64,000 nucleotides of DNA from an uncultured Eubacteriales bacterium. Lineage in GTDB: Bacteria; Bacillota; Clostridia; Christensenellales; CAG-138. The stretch spans positions 42,804 to 106,803 of the forward strand of contig UREK01000001.1 of assembly GCA_900546845.1 (NCBI GenBank). Direction: 5' to 3'. The notes below the pieces were generated by a model. That model did no database searches and was not told where the DNA came from. It saw only the letters and a list, made by a program, of their open reading frames with translations. Positions 53,868 through 62,690 of this stretch are shown here, piece by piece. Position 1 is the stretch's first letter, and every line of letters starts with the position of its first letter. A program made the translations under genes and the position numbers.

Positions 53868-55040
53868 TTATTCCTGTGTATTTTCTGGCTGTGCCGGCGT
53901 GTGATTCCCATCCGCCGGCCTGCTGCCCTTGCTGCGCCTGCGCCCGCCGCGGCTACCGCGCCTGCGGCTTGGCGCGCCTCCCGGCCGGGGCTGTGTTTCG
54001 CCCGCTTCCGGGTCAGGGGCTGCGCCTGCGGCTTCCGTTCCCTCCGGCTCGCCGGGTTCCCTCCGTTCCTTCACAGGCAGGCGGCGCTTTTGCGGCTTCC
54101 GCTGCGGCTTTTTTGCCTCGGCGGCCAGCGCTTCGCCTTCGGCTGCGCTGGCTTCCGCCGGCATGGGTTTCGTGCTTTCGGCGAACTCTGCGGCAGCTTC
54201 TTCGCCGGGCTGCCGCGGGTGGGCAGGCGCGCTTTTCGCGCTCAGCTCCCGGAACGGATATTCCCGCACGTCGAACGTACCGTCGCTTAGGGCGACCTTC
54301 ACGCGCGTGCGCTCGGTGATGACGTTGTTCTCGAGCACCGTGCCGCTGCCATCCGGCGTGAACACCTCGCGGCCGGGACGCGGCATTTGCTTGCGCATGC
54401 TCTCATAAGCGTCCTGCTCATATTTCAGGCAGCACATGAGCCTGCCGCAGATGCCGGAGATCTTCGTGGGGGAGAGGGAGAGGTTCTGTTCCTTTGCCAT
54501 CTTGATGGAAACGGGTGTGAAATCCGAAAGGAACGCCTTGCAGCAGACCGGGCGGCCGCAGGAGCCGAGCCCACCGAGCATCTTCGCCTCATCCCGCACG
54601 CCGATCTGCCTTAGTTCAATGCGCGTTTTGAACACGCTTGCGAGATCCTTGACCAGCTCGCGGAAATCCACACGGCCATCCGCGGTAAAATAGAACACTA
54701 CCTTGGAGCCGTTGAATGTATATTCCACGTCCACGAGCTTCATTTCGAGCTTATGGGCCTGGATCTTTTCCATGCAGATGGCGTAGGCCTCGCTTTCGCG
54801 GGCACGGTTTTTGTCCCGCTGTTCACGGTCGTGCGCCGTTGCAACACGCACCACGCTCTTGAGGGGGGCGATGATCTTGTCGTCCTCCACTTCCTGCGGG
54901 GCGGCGACCACGTCGCCAAACTCGGTGCCGCGGGCCGTCTCCACGATCACGCCGTCGCCTTCCTTCACTGCAAGTTCACCGGGGTCAAAATAGTACATTT
55001 TGCCGCCGTCTTTAAATCTTACGCCGATTACGGTCTTCAT
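53868..55040 (-). CDS. ricT: PSP1-domain protein RicT/YaaT with a long Pro/Glu/Ala/Arg-rich C-terminal tail
   Basis: ATG 55040 overlaps the holB stop (ATGA). MKTVIGVRFKDGGKMYYFDP...GSCGRPVCCKAFLSDFTPVSIKMAKEQNLSL..ISGICGRLMCCLKYE is the PSP1/YaaT core. The last roughly 130 aa are low complexity and end ..SRRRGSRGGRRRSKGSR... Confidence 0.85.
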   Translation of the reverse strand: MKTVIGVRFKDGGKMYYFDPGELAVKEGDGVIVETARGTEFGDVVAAPQEVEDDKIIAPLKSVVRVATAHDREQRDKNRARESEAYAICMEKIQAHKLEMKLVDVEYTFNGSKVVFYFTADGRVDFRELVKDLASVFKTRIELRQIGVRDEAKMLGGLGSCGRPVCCKAFLSDFTPVSIKMAKEQNLSLSPTKISGICGRLMCCLKYEQDAYESMRKQMPRPGREVFTPDGSGTVLENNVITERTRVKVALSDGTFDVREYPFRELSAKSAPAHPRQPGEEAAAEFAESTKPMPAEASAAEGEALAAEAKKPQRKPQKRRLPVKERREPGEPEGTEAAGAAPDPEAGETQPRPGGAPSRRRGSRGGRRRSKGSRPADGNHTPAQPENTQE

Positions 55041-55972
55041 TGGTTCGTTACTGCCTCCGATAGTTCTAAAAAGAGCCTGTCCGCCACCGCGAGATCCATC
55101 AAAGCGCCCGCGCTTGCGGCATAGAGCTCGTTGGTTGCTTTTGCAAGCATCTCTATCATACCCGTTACGCGGCCGGTTGTAAAGCGTGCGGCCAGCGCGG
55201 CGACCGCATCCCGTTGGTCCGGGTTTTCCGGCGCAGCGCCGGTTTCCGCGCACCGCGCGAGCAGGTCCCGCAAGAAGGAAAGCATGAAGGCGAACGCATC
55301 CGCCGCTCCCCGGTTGGCGCAGAGCTTCTTCGTTGCGCCGAGCGGGAGTTCCCCGCGCAGCAGGGCGGTCAGCGCCGCAAAGGAATCCGCGCGCAGGGTG
55401 CGGAACGCCTCGTCCTCATACAAGCGGAGCGCGCGCGTCTCGCTGCCGCCGCCCGCTGCCGCATAAAGCCGCGCGGCGGCGGGCGGCGCCCCGCGCGCGA
55501 GCAGCAGTGCTTCGATTTCCGCCGCTGTGGAAAGGCCGACGCGGATCACGGCGCAGCGGGAAGCGACTGTGGGCAGGACGCCCGCGATGTTGCCTGTCAA
55601 AAGGAACACGGCGGAAGATGGCGGCTCCTCCAGCGTTTTGAGCAGCGCGTTCTGCACGGCGGTGCTCATACCGTGCGCGCCTTCGATGAGCGTGCAGCGC
55701 ATGCGGCCGTCCATCGGGCTCTGCGCAAGCTCCGCAATGAGCTCCCGTATATCATCTATGCGCATGGCTGCGCCGTCGTATGCGCGGAACCCCGCACTTT
55801 CCGCAAGGCGCGCTTCGTCGGCCTCACCCATGCAGACGAGCGCGGCAGCGCGGCGGGCCAGCCGCCGCGCCGGTTCCGGGTCGGCGCTTGAAATAAAAAA
55901 GGCATGGGAAACACGCGCAGCGCCGATGGCGGAGAGCAGGCGTTCCTCAGCCTTTTGCAGGGTCTTACTCAA
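55037..55972 (-). CDS. holB: DNA polymerase III subunit delta'
   Basis: TTG start overlapping the darA stop. HAFFISS..., CTLIEGAHGMSTAVQNALLKTLEEPP (the clamp-loader box) and the position between darA and ricT support the call. Confidence 0.8.
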   Translation of the reverse strand: MSKTLQKAEERLLSAIGAARVSHAFFISSADPEPARRLARRAAALVCMGEADEARLAESAGFRAYDGAAMRIDDIRELIAELAQSPMDGRMRCTLIEGAHGMSTAVQNALLKTLEEPPSSAVFLLTGNIAGVLPTVASRCAVIRVGLSTAAEIEALLLARGAPPAAARLYAAAGGGSETRALRLYEDEAFRTLRADSFAALTALLRGELPLGATKKLCANRGAADAFAFMLSFLRDLLARCAETGAAPENPDQRDAVAALAARFTTGRVTGMIEMLAKATNELYAASAGALMDLAVADRLFLELSEAVTNQ

Positions 55973-56295
55973 AACTTCTGGAAATCCTCCACATCAACGA
56001 TGAACACAGTCGCGCCGCCGAGCGTGACCTGGACGGGCGTGGGCGAGCTGTCCGTGTAGCCGGGCAGCGCGGAAGGGATCACCATGAACTCCTTGCGCGT
56101 GCTGGATTTGGACTTGATGACGTCGAGCGTCTCCGGAACCTTATCCTTTTCCACGCCGATCATGAGCGTGGTGTTGCCGCCATGCAGGAAGCCGCCGGTG
56201 GTCGAGATGCGCGTCACGCTGATGTTGTGCTGCACAAGTGCCTTTACGAGCCTTTTGGAATCGTCGTTTTGCACGATAGCGAAGATCAGTTTCAT
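55969..56295 (-). CDS. darA: cyclic-di-AMP receptor, PII-like (DarA/PstA, DUF970)
   Basis: AAGGAG lies 8 nt before ATG 56295. MKLIFAIVQNDDSKRLVKALVQHNISVTRISTTGGFLHGGNTTLMIGVEKDKV...ATVFIVDVEDF is the characteristic DarA sequence. Confidence 0.85.
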   Translation of the reverse strand: MKLIFAIVQNDDSKRLVKALVQHNISVTRISTTGGFLHGGNTTLMIGVEKDKVPETLDVIKSKSSTRKEFMVIPSALPGYTDSSPTPVQVTLGGATVFIVDVEDFQKF

Positions 56296-56317
56296 ATGAT
56301 GCACTCCTTTCGGGTGT

Positions 56318-56971
56318 TTATTGCGCGGGTAAAAGCAGGCTGCCGAGCGCTTCCACGCTCGCCGCGGTATGCGTTGGCGCGCAGGAGGCGATCTCCTCCG
56401 CGCTGCCGTAGCCATACAGCACGCCGATGGAGGGAACGCCGACCGCATTTGCGGCCGCAAGGTCATAATGCCGGTCGCCTACCATGACGATGGAAGTTTT
56501 GTCTGCCGCAAGCGCATCTACAGCCGTTTGCAGCAGGAAGGTCTTTTCCGCACTGCCGCCGGGCACGCCGCCCCAAAGACAGTCGATGAACGGGGCAAGG
56601 CCGTACCGTTCGAGATGGGACTGCGCCGTGGGCGTCACCTTGGAGGTGACGACGCAGACGCGCGCGCCTGCGGCCTTGAGCCGGCCAAGAAGAGCCGGGA
56701 TGCCGGGATAAGGGTGGATCGCGTCCAGGCCAACGGTCTTTGCGAGCCGGTGATACCGATCGACCGCCTCCTGCACGCGCGATTGCGGGATTCCGATGAC
56801 GTCGCTGAAGCAGACTGCGAGCGGAGGGCCGACCATGGGCCGGAGCTGTTCGTCCGTCATGGGCGGAAGGCCCATTTCACACATTACTGCGCGTGCGCAG
56901 GCGAAGATGCCGGGAGCGGATTCAATGAGCGTGCCGTCAAGATCGAACAAAACCGTCTGATATAAAAGCAA
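56318..56971 (-). CDS. HAD-superfamily hydrolase (phosphoglycolate phosphatase-like)
   Basis: AAGGAG lies 6 nt before TTG 56971. Motif I FDLDGTL, motif II VTSK, motif III/IV MVGDRHYDL. Confidence 0.8.
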   Translation of the reverse strand: MLLYQTVLFDLDGTLIESAPGIFACARAVMCEMGLPPMTDEQLRPMVGPPLAVCFSDVIGIPQSRVQEAVDRYHRLAKTVGLDAIHPYPGIPALLGRLKAAGARVCVVTSKVTPTAQSHLERYGLAPFIDCLWGGVPGGSAEKTFLLQTAVDALAADKTSIVMVGDRHYDLAAANAVGVPSIGVLYGYGSAEEIASCAPTHTAASVEALGSLLLPAQ

Positions 56972-57013
56972 CGCGGGCTCCTTTACGAAATTATACTGAA
57001 GGGGTTTTTATAA

Positions 57014-58420
57014 TTATACCGCTTTTTCTTCCGCGACGCAAGCGGTTCGGCCATCCGTTATGCCAAAGAGCGAAAGCCCGGCTTCCCGGAACGCGAGCAT
57101 GCGCTGCACGTCCGCCGGTTCGATGCGCTCGCCAGGGAAGAGCGTAGCAACGCCGGGCGGGTATGCGCCTGCCGCCTGCGCAGAGATGCGCCCGGCGCAT
57201 TCCTCCAGCAAGACGGGTTCCGCAGGGGAAAGCAGCGCATCCCGCACGCGAAGCACGGGCGTTTTCTGAACCGCGACAGACGGAAGGTACGAAAACTGTC
57301 CTTGACCGGAGGGGAGCGCTTCGAGTGCGGCAAAAAGCCTTGTATACCAAGCGTCCGGGTCGGCAGGGGAGGTAATGCACACTACGGAGGCGAGATCCGC
57401 CATCTCCGGCACGACGCCGCGCGCCACGAGCGCCTCCTGCGCCATCGCGCCGCTGATGCCGCGCCCATTCACGCAAAACACCAGGCGCGTGAAATCGAGC
57501 GCCGCGCAGTTGCCGGTGGGCGCGAGCAGGGATACGCCTGCGGGCGGGCAGACGCGGAACCTTTCCCGCAGGGCGCGGATGCGCGCGGCATGGCGCTCCC
57601 ATTCGCCGGTTTTAGCCTGGCTGAGCGCCCAGTCGAGCGAGAGCATCAGCGGATAAGAAGGGCTGCTGGTTTCGATGAGCGAGAGCGTTCTGCGGATTTG
57701 CGCGTCCGGGATGGGGCATGTGGGGGAAGCGTGGAGAACCGCGGCCTGTGTCATGGCCCGCAGCGTCTTGTGGGCGCTGACGCACCAGAGATCGGCTTCC
57801 GAGGCGGCGTGCGCGGAAAGCTCCGGCACGAACGGGAAATGCGCGCCATGCGCTTGGTCGCAGAGCAAAAGCGCACCGTGGCGGCGGCAGACTGCGGCGA
57901 TGGCGGCGACGTCTGCACACGCGCCGTAATAATTCGGACTTGTGAGGAACACTGCGTCCGCCCGGCTGCGGCTGAGCGCGGCTTCAATGGCCTCTGGCGT
58001 GACGACACCGCAAAACGGAGCGTCCGGCGTAAATTCCGGGTAGACGAAATCGCAGTCATGCCCGGCAAGCGCCACACCCGCGACGGCAGCCTTGTGGCAA
58101 TCCCGCGCGAGGAGCACGCGTTTGTTTTTGCCGAGGGCGAGCAACATCGCAAGGATCCCGGCCGTGGAGCCGCCCACAAGCAGGAAGCTGTGCCGCGCGC
58201 CGTAGGCCTCTGCATAAGCGCGTTCGGCAGCGAGAATCGCGCCTTCCGGCGCATGCAGGTCGTCTGTGCCGGGGATCTCGGTCACGTCCCAGGGGGCGAG
58301 CGGCGCGCCAAGGGGGCCCATCAGGCTGCGGCCCTTGTGGCCGGGCATGTGGAAGCGCGCTGTGTTTCCGGCGGCGTAATCCCCGATGGCCTCCGGCAGG
58401 GTGCGGGGTTCGTCACGCAT
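57014..58420 (-). CDS. Orn/Lys/Arg decarboxylase-family PLP enzyme (YaaO-like)
   Basis: RFHMPGHKG near the N-terminus and SAHKTL (PLP lysine) are characteristic of OKR_DC_1. Confidence 0.8.
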   Translation of the reverse strand: MRDEPRTLPEAIGDYAAGNTARFHMPGHKGRSLMGPLGAPLAPWDVTEIPGTDDLHAPEGAILAAERAYAEAYGARHSFLLVGGSTAGILAMLLALGKNKRVLLARDCHKAAVAGVALAGHDCDFVYPEFTPDAPFCGVVTPEAIEAALSRSRADAVFLTSPNYYGACADVAAIAAVCRRHGALLLCDQAHGAHFPFVPELSAHAASEADLWCVSAHKTLRAMTQAAVLHASPTCPIPDAQIRRTLSLIETSSPSYPLMLSLDWALSQAKTGEWERHAARIRALRERFRVCPPAGVSLLAPTGNCAALDFTRLVFCVNGRGISGAMAQEALVARGVVPEMADLASVVCITSPADPDAWYTRLFAALEALPSGQGQFSYLPSVAVQKTPVLRVRDALLSPAEPVLLEECAGRISAQAAGAYPPGVATLFPGERIEPADVQRMLAFREAGLSLFGITDGRTACVAEEKAV

Positions 58421-59039
58421 CGCTTTGCCCCGCGGCTCCGGCGGCCTGTGTTTTCGCCTCGTGCTTTGCTGCGAGGAGCGCTTCCAGGTGGCCGGTGAGC
58501 GTTTCGTCCGGGTGGAAGAGGATGTACCCTAGCTTCCCGTTCCGCTCGAAGACGAGCATGCTCGCCGTTTTGCGGGGCAAGCGGGTCAGGCGGGCGGTGT
58601 TGAAAAAGCCGGGCTTTTTGAGCGCGCCGCTGGGGGAGAACAGGCCGACCGTGTCCGGCTTTACGAGCGCGACGAGCTCGGCCGGAGCAATCTCTTCGGC
58701 GAGCTTCCCCTTGTTGGCGACCATGCGTTCAAAGAGCACCGTGCCGATTGGCCAGGGCCAAACGAGCTGATTGCCGTATTGATCCACTTCGCCCTCGGGC
58801 GCCGGTTTAAAGACGACGGTATAGCGATAGGAGCAAATGCGTCGCTTATAAATAAAGAGGCAAATGCCCACAAAGGAGAGGAACAGCGCAAACTGGCTCA
58901 GGCTGTGCCAAGGGGCGGGCAGTGTTGCGCAGAAATCCACGATCTGCCGCATGAATACGGCGATCAGCAGGAACAGGACAACGAGCAGAAAATCCGTCAG
59001 GGAAGTGCTTTTTTCATCCTTCAGATGCTGTTGATACAT
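58413..59039 (-). CDS. hypothetical membrane protein (2 TM plus a soluble domain)
   Basis: GAGG lies 7 nt before ATG 59039. TM helices FLLVVLFLLIAVFM and FALFLSFVGICLFIY. 8-nt overlap with the decarboxylase start. Confidence 0.55.
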   Translation of the reverse strand: MYQQHLKDEKSTSLTDFLLVVLFLLIAVFMRQIVDFCATLPAPWHSLSQFALFLSFVGICLFIYKRRICSYRYTVVFKPAPEGEVDQYGNQLVWPWPIGTVLFERMVANKGKLAEEIAPAELVALVKPDTVGLFSPSGALKKPGFFNTARLTRLPRKTASMLVFERNGKLGYILFHPDETLTGHLEALLAAKHEAKTQAAGAAGQSDA

Positions 59040-59113
59040 AGCGGTACCTCATTTGAGTTGATATGAGTAATATAACATTAAGGAAGGTATGTGTCAATTT
59101 GACCGGATGAAAT

Positions 59114-59152
59114 GAAGAACGCTGAGGGGTAAGCGCAGCGTTCTTCGGTTTT
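59114..59152 (+). terminator. terminator-like hairpin in the long AT-rich gap upstream of the feo region
   Basis: GAAGAACGCTG (59114..59124) pairs with CAGCGTTCTTC (59136..59146), followed by GGTTTT. Confidence 0.5.
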
Positions 59153-59269
59153 GGAAAGAGACTCTATGTACCATGAGACGATAGCAAATTTATTCCCCTA
59201 TTGCGCGGGAGGGTGGATGGCCGCCGCCCTCCCGCGTTAGGGTGACACTAGAGGTTAGAAGACTATGAT

Positions 59270-59287
59270 GGTTAGAATGATCTAACC
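59270..59287. promoter_or_regulatory. RGTTAG-N6-CTAACY palindrome, site F (perfect)
   Basis: GGTTAG-AATGAT-CTAACC. Confidence 0.5.
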
Positions 59288-59359
59288 AAGATGATGATAC
59301 CATGCGTCTGCCATGCTGCCAAGCGCAATTTTGATAAAGAAAAATTTTTTTCGGAAGTA

Positions 59360-59388
59360 TTGACAACGCGAAGCAGGCTAGGTAAACT
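59360..59388 (+). promoter_or_regulatory. promoter of the HMA/Cys-rich membrane protein gene
   Basis: TTGACA (59360..59365), 17 nt, TAAACT (59383..59388). Confidence 0.5.
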
Positions 59389-59395
59389 ATATATA

Positions 59396-59413
59396 AGTTA
59401 GATGAAGCTAACT
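59396..59413. promoter_or_regulatory. RGTTAG-N6-CTAACY palindrome, site C (perfect), just downstream of the -10
   Basis: AGTTAG-ATGAAG-CTAACT. Confidence 0.55.
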
Positions 59414-59454
59414 GAATTTCGGCCTAAAATTTCAGGCTTGGGGAAAGGCGAAGC

Positions 59455-59838
59455 ATGGAAACGGCAATTCTGGTTGTGGCGCTGGCCGCATTCGTTGTGG
59501 TCGGCGTGAAGCACTATATAAAGAAACTCTCCTCCGGCTGCTGCGGCGCGAGCACGGAGAAGGAAAAACGCCTGCCCGTACAGGATGCAGAGGAAGGGCA
59601 TTATCCATATGCCTATAAGATCACCGTGGAGGGCATGCATTGCAGCAACTGCGCCGTCCGGATCGAAAACGCGTTTCATGCAGAAGATGGCATGTGGGCG
59701 AAGGCGGACGTTGCGCGCGCATGCGTTTTGCTGCGCACGAAGCGGCCGGTGGAGGAAGGCAGATTGCGGCAGCTCGTTGCGCTTGCCGGGTATCATGCTG
59801 CTGCGGTGGAACTGGTAAAAGAAAGTTCCAGGAAATGA
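59455..59838 (+). CDS. membrane-anchored Cys-rich (FeoB-associated-like) segment fused to a heavy-metal-associated (HMA) domain
   Basis: N-terminal TM helix ILVVALAAFVVVGV, then KKLSSGCCGAS, as in FeoB-associated Cys-rich peptides. This is followed by an HMA fold with MHCSNC (MxCxxC) in YKITVEGMHCSNCAVRIENAF. Confidence 0.7.
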   Translation: METAILVVALAAFVVVGVKHYIKKLSSGCCGASTEKEKRLPVQDAEEGHYPYAYKITVEGMHCSNCAVRIENAFHAEDGMWAKADVARACVLLRTKRPVEEGRLRQLVALAGYHAAAVELVKESSRK

Positions 59839-59848
59839 TAGAAATCTA

Positions 59849-59877
59849 TTGACAAACAAAGTTAGAAATATTAAACT
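59849..59877 (+). promoter_or_regulatory. promoter of the feoA-feoA-feoB operon
   Basis: TTGACA (59849..59854), 17 nt, TAAACT (59872..59877). The hexamers and spacing are the same as at 59360. Confidence 0.5.
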
Positions 59878-59892
59878 ACAAGGCGGCAAGAG

Positions 59893-59910
59893 GGTTAGCG
59901 AATACTAACC
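59893..59910. promoter_or_regulatory. RGTTAG-N6-CTAACY palindrome, site E (perfect; extends to GGGTTAG..CTAACCC), downstream of the feo -10
   Basis: GGTTAG-CGAATA-CTAACC. A partial second site GGTTAG-GTTTTA-TAAACC is at 59928..59945. Confidence 0.55.
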
Positions 59911-59968
59911 CATATATTTCGGGAAATGGTTAGGTTTTATAAACCAAACGTATTGGGAGGAGGACACG

Positions 59969-60181
59969 ATGATGCCGCTGACGATGGCGAAGAACGGGGA
60001 AAGCAATTACATCAAAAAAATCACCGGGAAGGACGAGGTGCGGCAGCACCTGGCGGAGCTTGGCTTCGTAGTGGGCGAATGCGTCACGGTTGTGAGCGAG
60101 ACGGGCGGGAACATGATCCTTTCCGTCAAGGGGACGCGCATCGCGCTTGACCGCGGCATGGCGAACCGCATCCTGGTTTAA
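59969..60181 (+). CDS. feoA: FeoA-family protein
   Basis: GGGAGGAGG upstream. A 70-aa SH3-like FeoA sequence (ITGKDEVRQHLAELGFVVGECVTVVSE..GNMILSVKGTRIAL). Confidence 0.85.
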   Translation: MMPLTMAKNGESNYIKKITGKDEVRQHLAELGFVVGECVTVVSETGGNMILSVKGTRIALDRGMANRILV

Positions 60182-60231
60182 GCCGGCGGCAGCGTGCATA
60201 GAAAGGCAAACAAAAAAGGAGGGTTTCAAAT

Positions 60232-60453
60232 ATGAAAACGCTGAGGGAAGTGAAAGTCGGTGAGACCGCCGTTGTGGCGCGCCTGCACGGCGAAGGCGCT
60301 GTGAAGCGCCGCATCATGGACATGGGCATCACCAAGGGCACGGAGGTTTACGTGCGCAAGGTCGCACCGCTGGGAGATCCTATCGAGGTGACCGTGCGCA
60401 ATTATGAGCTTTCCGTGCGCAAGGCCGATTGCGAAATGATCGAGATTGTATAA
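60232..60453 (+). CDS. feoA: FeoA-family protein (second copy)
   Basis: AAGGAGGG upstream. LREVKVGETAVVARLHGEGAVKRRIMDMGITKGTEVYVRKVAPLGDPIEV is FeoA-like. Confidence 0.85.
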   Translation: MKTLREVKVGETAVVARLHGEGAVKRRIMDMGITKGTEVYVRKVAPLGDPIEVTVRNYELSVRKADCEMIEIV

Positions 60454-60471
60454 AAGGGGGAGTGAGAGACC

Positions 60472-62640
60472 ATGAGCATCAAGATTGCGCTTGCCGGCAA
60501 CCCGAACTGCGGCAAGACGACCATGTTCAACGACCTGACCGGCAGCACGCAGTATGTCGGCAACTGGCCGGGCGTTACCGTGGAAAAGAAGGAAGGCAAG
60601 CTGCGCGGCGAAAAGGAGGTCATCATCCAGGACCTGCCCGGCATCTATTCGCTTTCTCCGTACACGCTGGAGGAAGTCATCGCGCGCAATTACCTCATCA
60701 ATGAGAAGCCGGACGCGATCCTCAACATCGTGGACGGTTCCAACATCGAGCGCAACCTGTACCTGACTACGCAGCTGCTCGAAGTCGGCGTGCCGATGGT
60801 GATTGCGCTCAACATGATGGACCTTGTCCGCAAAAACGGCGACAAGATCGACGCGAAGAAACTTTCCGAAGCGCTTGGATGTGAGATCATCGAGACTTCC
60901 GCGCTCAAGGGAGAAGGAAGCCAGAAGGCCGCGCAGCGCGCGGCGGAGATTGCGAGATCTGGCAAGCGCGCAAGCCTGCCCTCCGTGTTCGGCGGGACGG
61001 TCGAGCATGCGATCGCGCACATCGAGGAATCGCTGGAAGGCAAAGTTGCGCCCGAACATCTCCGCTGGTATGCCGTGAAGCTCTTCGAGCGGGACGAGCG
61101 CGTGAAGGATCAACTCAACCTCGGTGCGGATGTGCTCCAGCATATTGAGGAGCATATCGCGGAATGCGAGCAGGAGCTCGACGACGACGCGGAATCCATT
61201 ATCACCAACGAACGCTACGCTTACATCAGCCGCCTGATGACGGCCTGCGTAAAGAAAAAGGCGCGCAAGGAGCACCTTACGGTTTCGGATAAGATCGACC
61301 GGATCGTGACCAACCGCTGGCTGGCGCTGCCGATCTTCGTTGCTGTGATGACACTCGTATATTACGTTTCTGTCACCACCATCGGCACCATCGTGACCGA
61401 TTTCACCAACGACGTATTCGTCGGCGAATGGATCCAGGGCCCGCTCGGCGAGTGGCTCACAGGCATCGGCACCGCGGATTGGCTCGTTGGCCTCATCGTG
61501 GACGGCATCGTCGGCGGCGTGGGCGCGGTCATCGGCTTCGTGCCGCAGATGCTCGTCCTCTTCCTGTTTCTGGCCATCCTGGAGGACGTCGGCTACATGG
61601 CGCGCGTAGCGTTCATCATGGACCGCATCTTCCGCAAGTTCGGCCTTTCCGGCAAGAGCTTTATCCCGATGCTGATCGGCTCCGGCTGCGGCATCCCGGG
61701 CATCATGGCCTCTCGTACTATTGAAAACGACCGCGACCGCAAGATGACCATCATGACGACGACGTTCATCCCCTGCGGCGCGAAAATGCCCATCGTTGCC
61801 CTGATTGCAGGCGCGATCTTCGGCGGCGCCTGGTGGGTGGCTCCGTCGGCGTACTTCGTCGGCGTTGCGGCCATCATCATCAGCGGCATTATCCTCAAGA
61901 AGACGAAGATGTTCCGCGGCGACCCGGCTCCATTCGTCATGGAGCTCCCCGCCTACCATGCCCCGAGCGCGCTCAACGTGCTGCGCAGCATGTGGGAGCG
62001 CGGCGGGTCCTTCATCAAAAAGGCGGGCACGATCATCCTTGCCTCGAGCATCCTTATCTGGTTCCTGAAGAGCTTCGGTGTTGTGGAAGGCACGTTCCAG
62101 ATGGTGGAGGATATGAACGCAAGCATCCTCGCTGCAATCGGCGGTGCGATCGCCCCCATCTTCAGCCCCCTCGGCTTCGGCACATGGCAGTCCAGCGTGG
62201 CGACCATCATGGGCCTTGTTGCGAAGGAAGAGGTCGTCGGCGTGTTCGGCGTGCTCTATGGCGTGGCGGGCGATGCGCTTGAGCTGGTTGAAAACGGCAT
62301 GTTCAACGAGCTTGCGCCCATCGCGGCCGTGTTCACGCCGCTCGGCGCGTACAGCTTCCTGATCTTCAACCTGCTCTGCGCGCCCTGCTTTGCGGCAATC
62401 GGCGCGATCAAGCGCGAGATGGCCAACGCGAAGTGGACCTGCTTTGCGGTCGGCTACCAGTGCGTGTTCGCCTATGTAATGGCGCTCATCGTATACCAGC
62501 TCGGCATCTGGTTCTCCACCGGCGCGTTCGGCATCGGCACCGTGGCGGCGCTCCTCTGCCTCGCGGGCCTGCTCTATCTGCTGTTCCGGCCGTACCGCGA
62601 GTCCAGCCACCTCACGATGAAGACCAAGCTCGAAGCGTGA
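60472..62640 (+). CDS. feoB: ferrous iron transporter FeoB
   Basis: N-terminal G-domain IALAGNPNCGKTTMFNDLTG..VGNWPGVTVEKKEG..IQDLPGIYSL, followed by the polytopic gate domains. Confidence 0.95.
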   Translation: MSIKIALAGNPNCGKTTMFNDLTGSTQYVGNWPGVTVEKKEGKLRGEKEVIIQDLPGIYSLSPYTLEEVIARNYLINEKPDAILNIVDGSNIERNLYLTTQLLEVGVPMVIALNMMDLVRKNGDKIDAKKLSEALGCEIIETSALKGEGSQKAAQRAAEIARSGKRASLPSVFGGTVEHAIAHIEESLEGKVAPEHLRWYAVKLFERDERVKDQLNLGADVLQHIEEHIAECEQELDDDAESIITNERYAYISRLMTACVKKKARKEHLTVSDKIDRIVTNRWLALPIFVAVMTLVYYVSVTTIGTIVTDFTNDVFVGEWIQGPLGEWLTGIGTADWLVGLIVDGIVGGVGAVIGFVPQMLVLFLFLAILEDVGYMARVAFIMDRIFRKFGLSGKSFIPMLIGSGCGIPGIMASRTIENDRDRKMTIMTTTFIPCGAKMPIVALIAGAIFGGAWWVAPSAYFVGVAAIIISGIILKKTKMFRGDPAPFVMELPAYHAPSALNVLRSMWERGGSFIKKAGTIILASSILIWFLKSFGVVEGTFQMVEDMNASILAAIGGAIAPIFSPLGFGTWQSSVATIMGLVAKEEVVGVFGVLYGVAGDALELVENGMFNELAPIAAVFTPLGAYSFLIFNLLCAPCFAAIGAIKREMANAKWTCFAVGYQCVFAYVMALIVYQLGIWFSTGAFGIGTVAALLCLAGLLYLLFRPYRESSHLTMKTKLEA

Positions 62641-62690
62641 TGAAAACGCAGCGGCGCGTGAACGCTTGATGATGAAAGGAGGCGCAGACC

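Noticed and set aside
59270-59910. Calling the GGTTAG..CTAACC palindromes canonical DtxR/IdeR or Fur boxes.
   Set aside because: The half-sites match the DtxR core, but the spacing is 6 nt rather than 1. There is no similarity to the GATAATGATAATCATTATC Fur consensus. The sites are therefore reported as being for an unidentified regulator.
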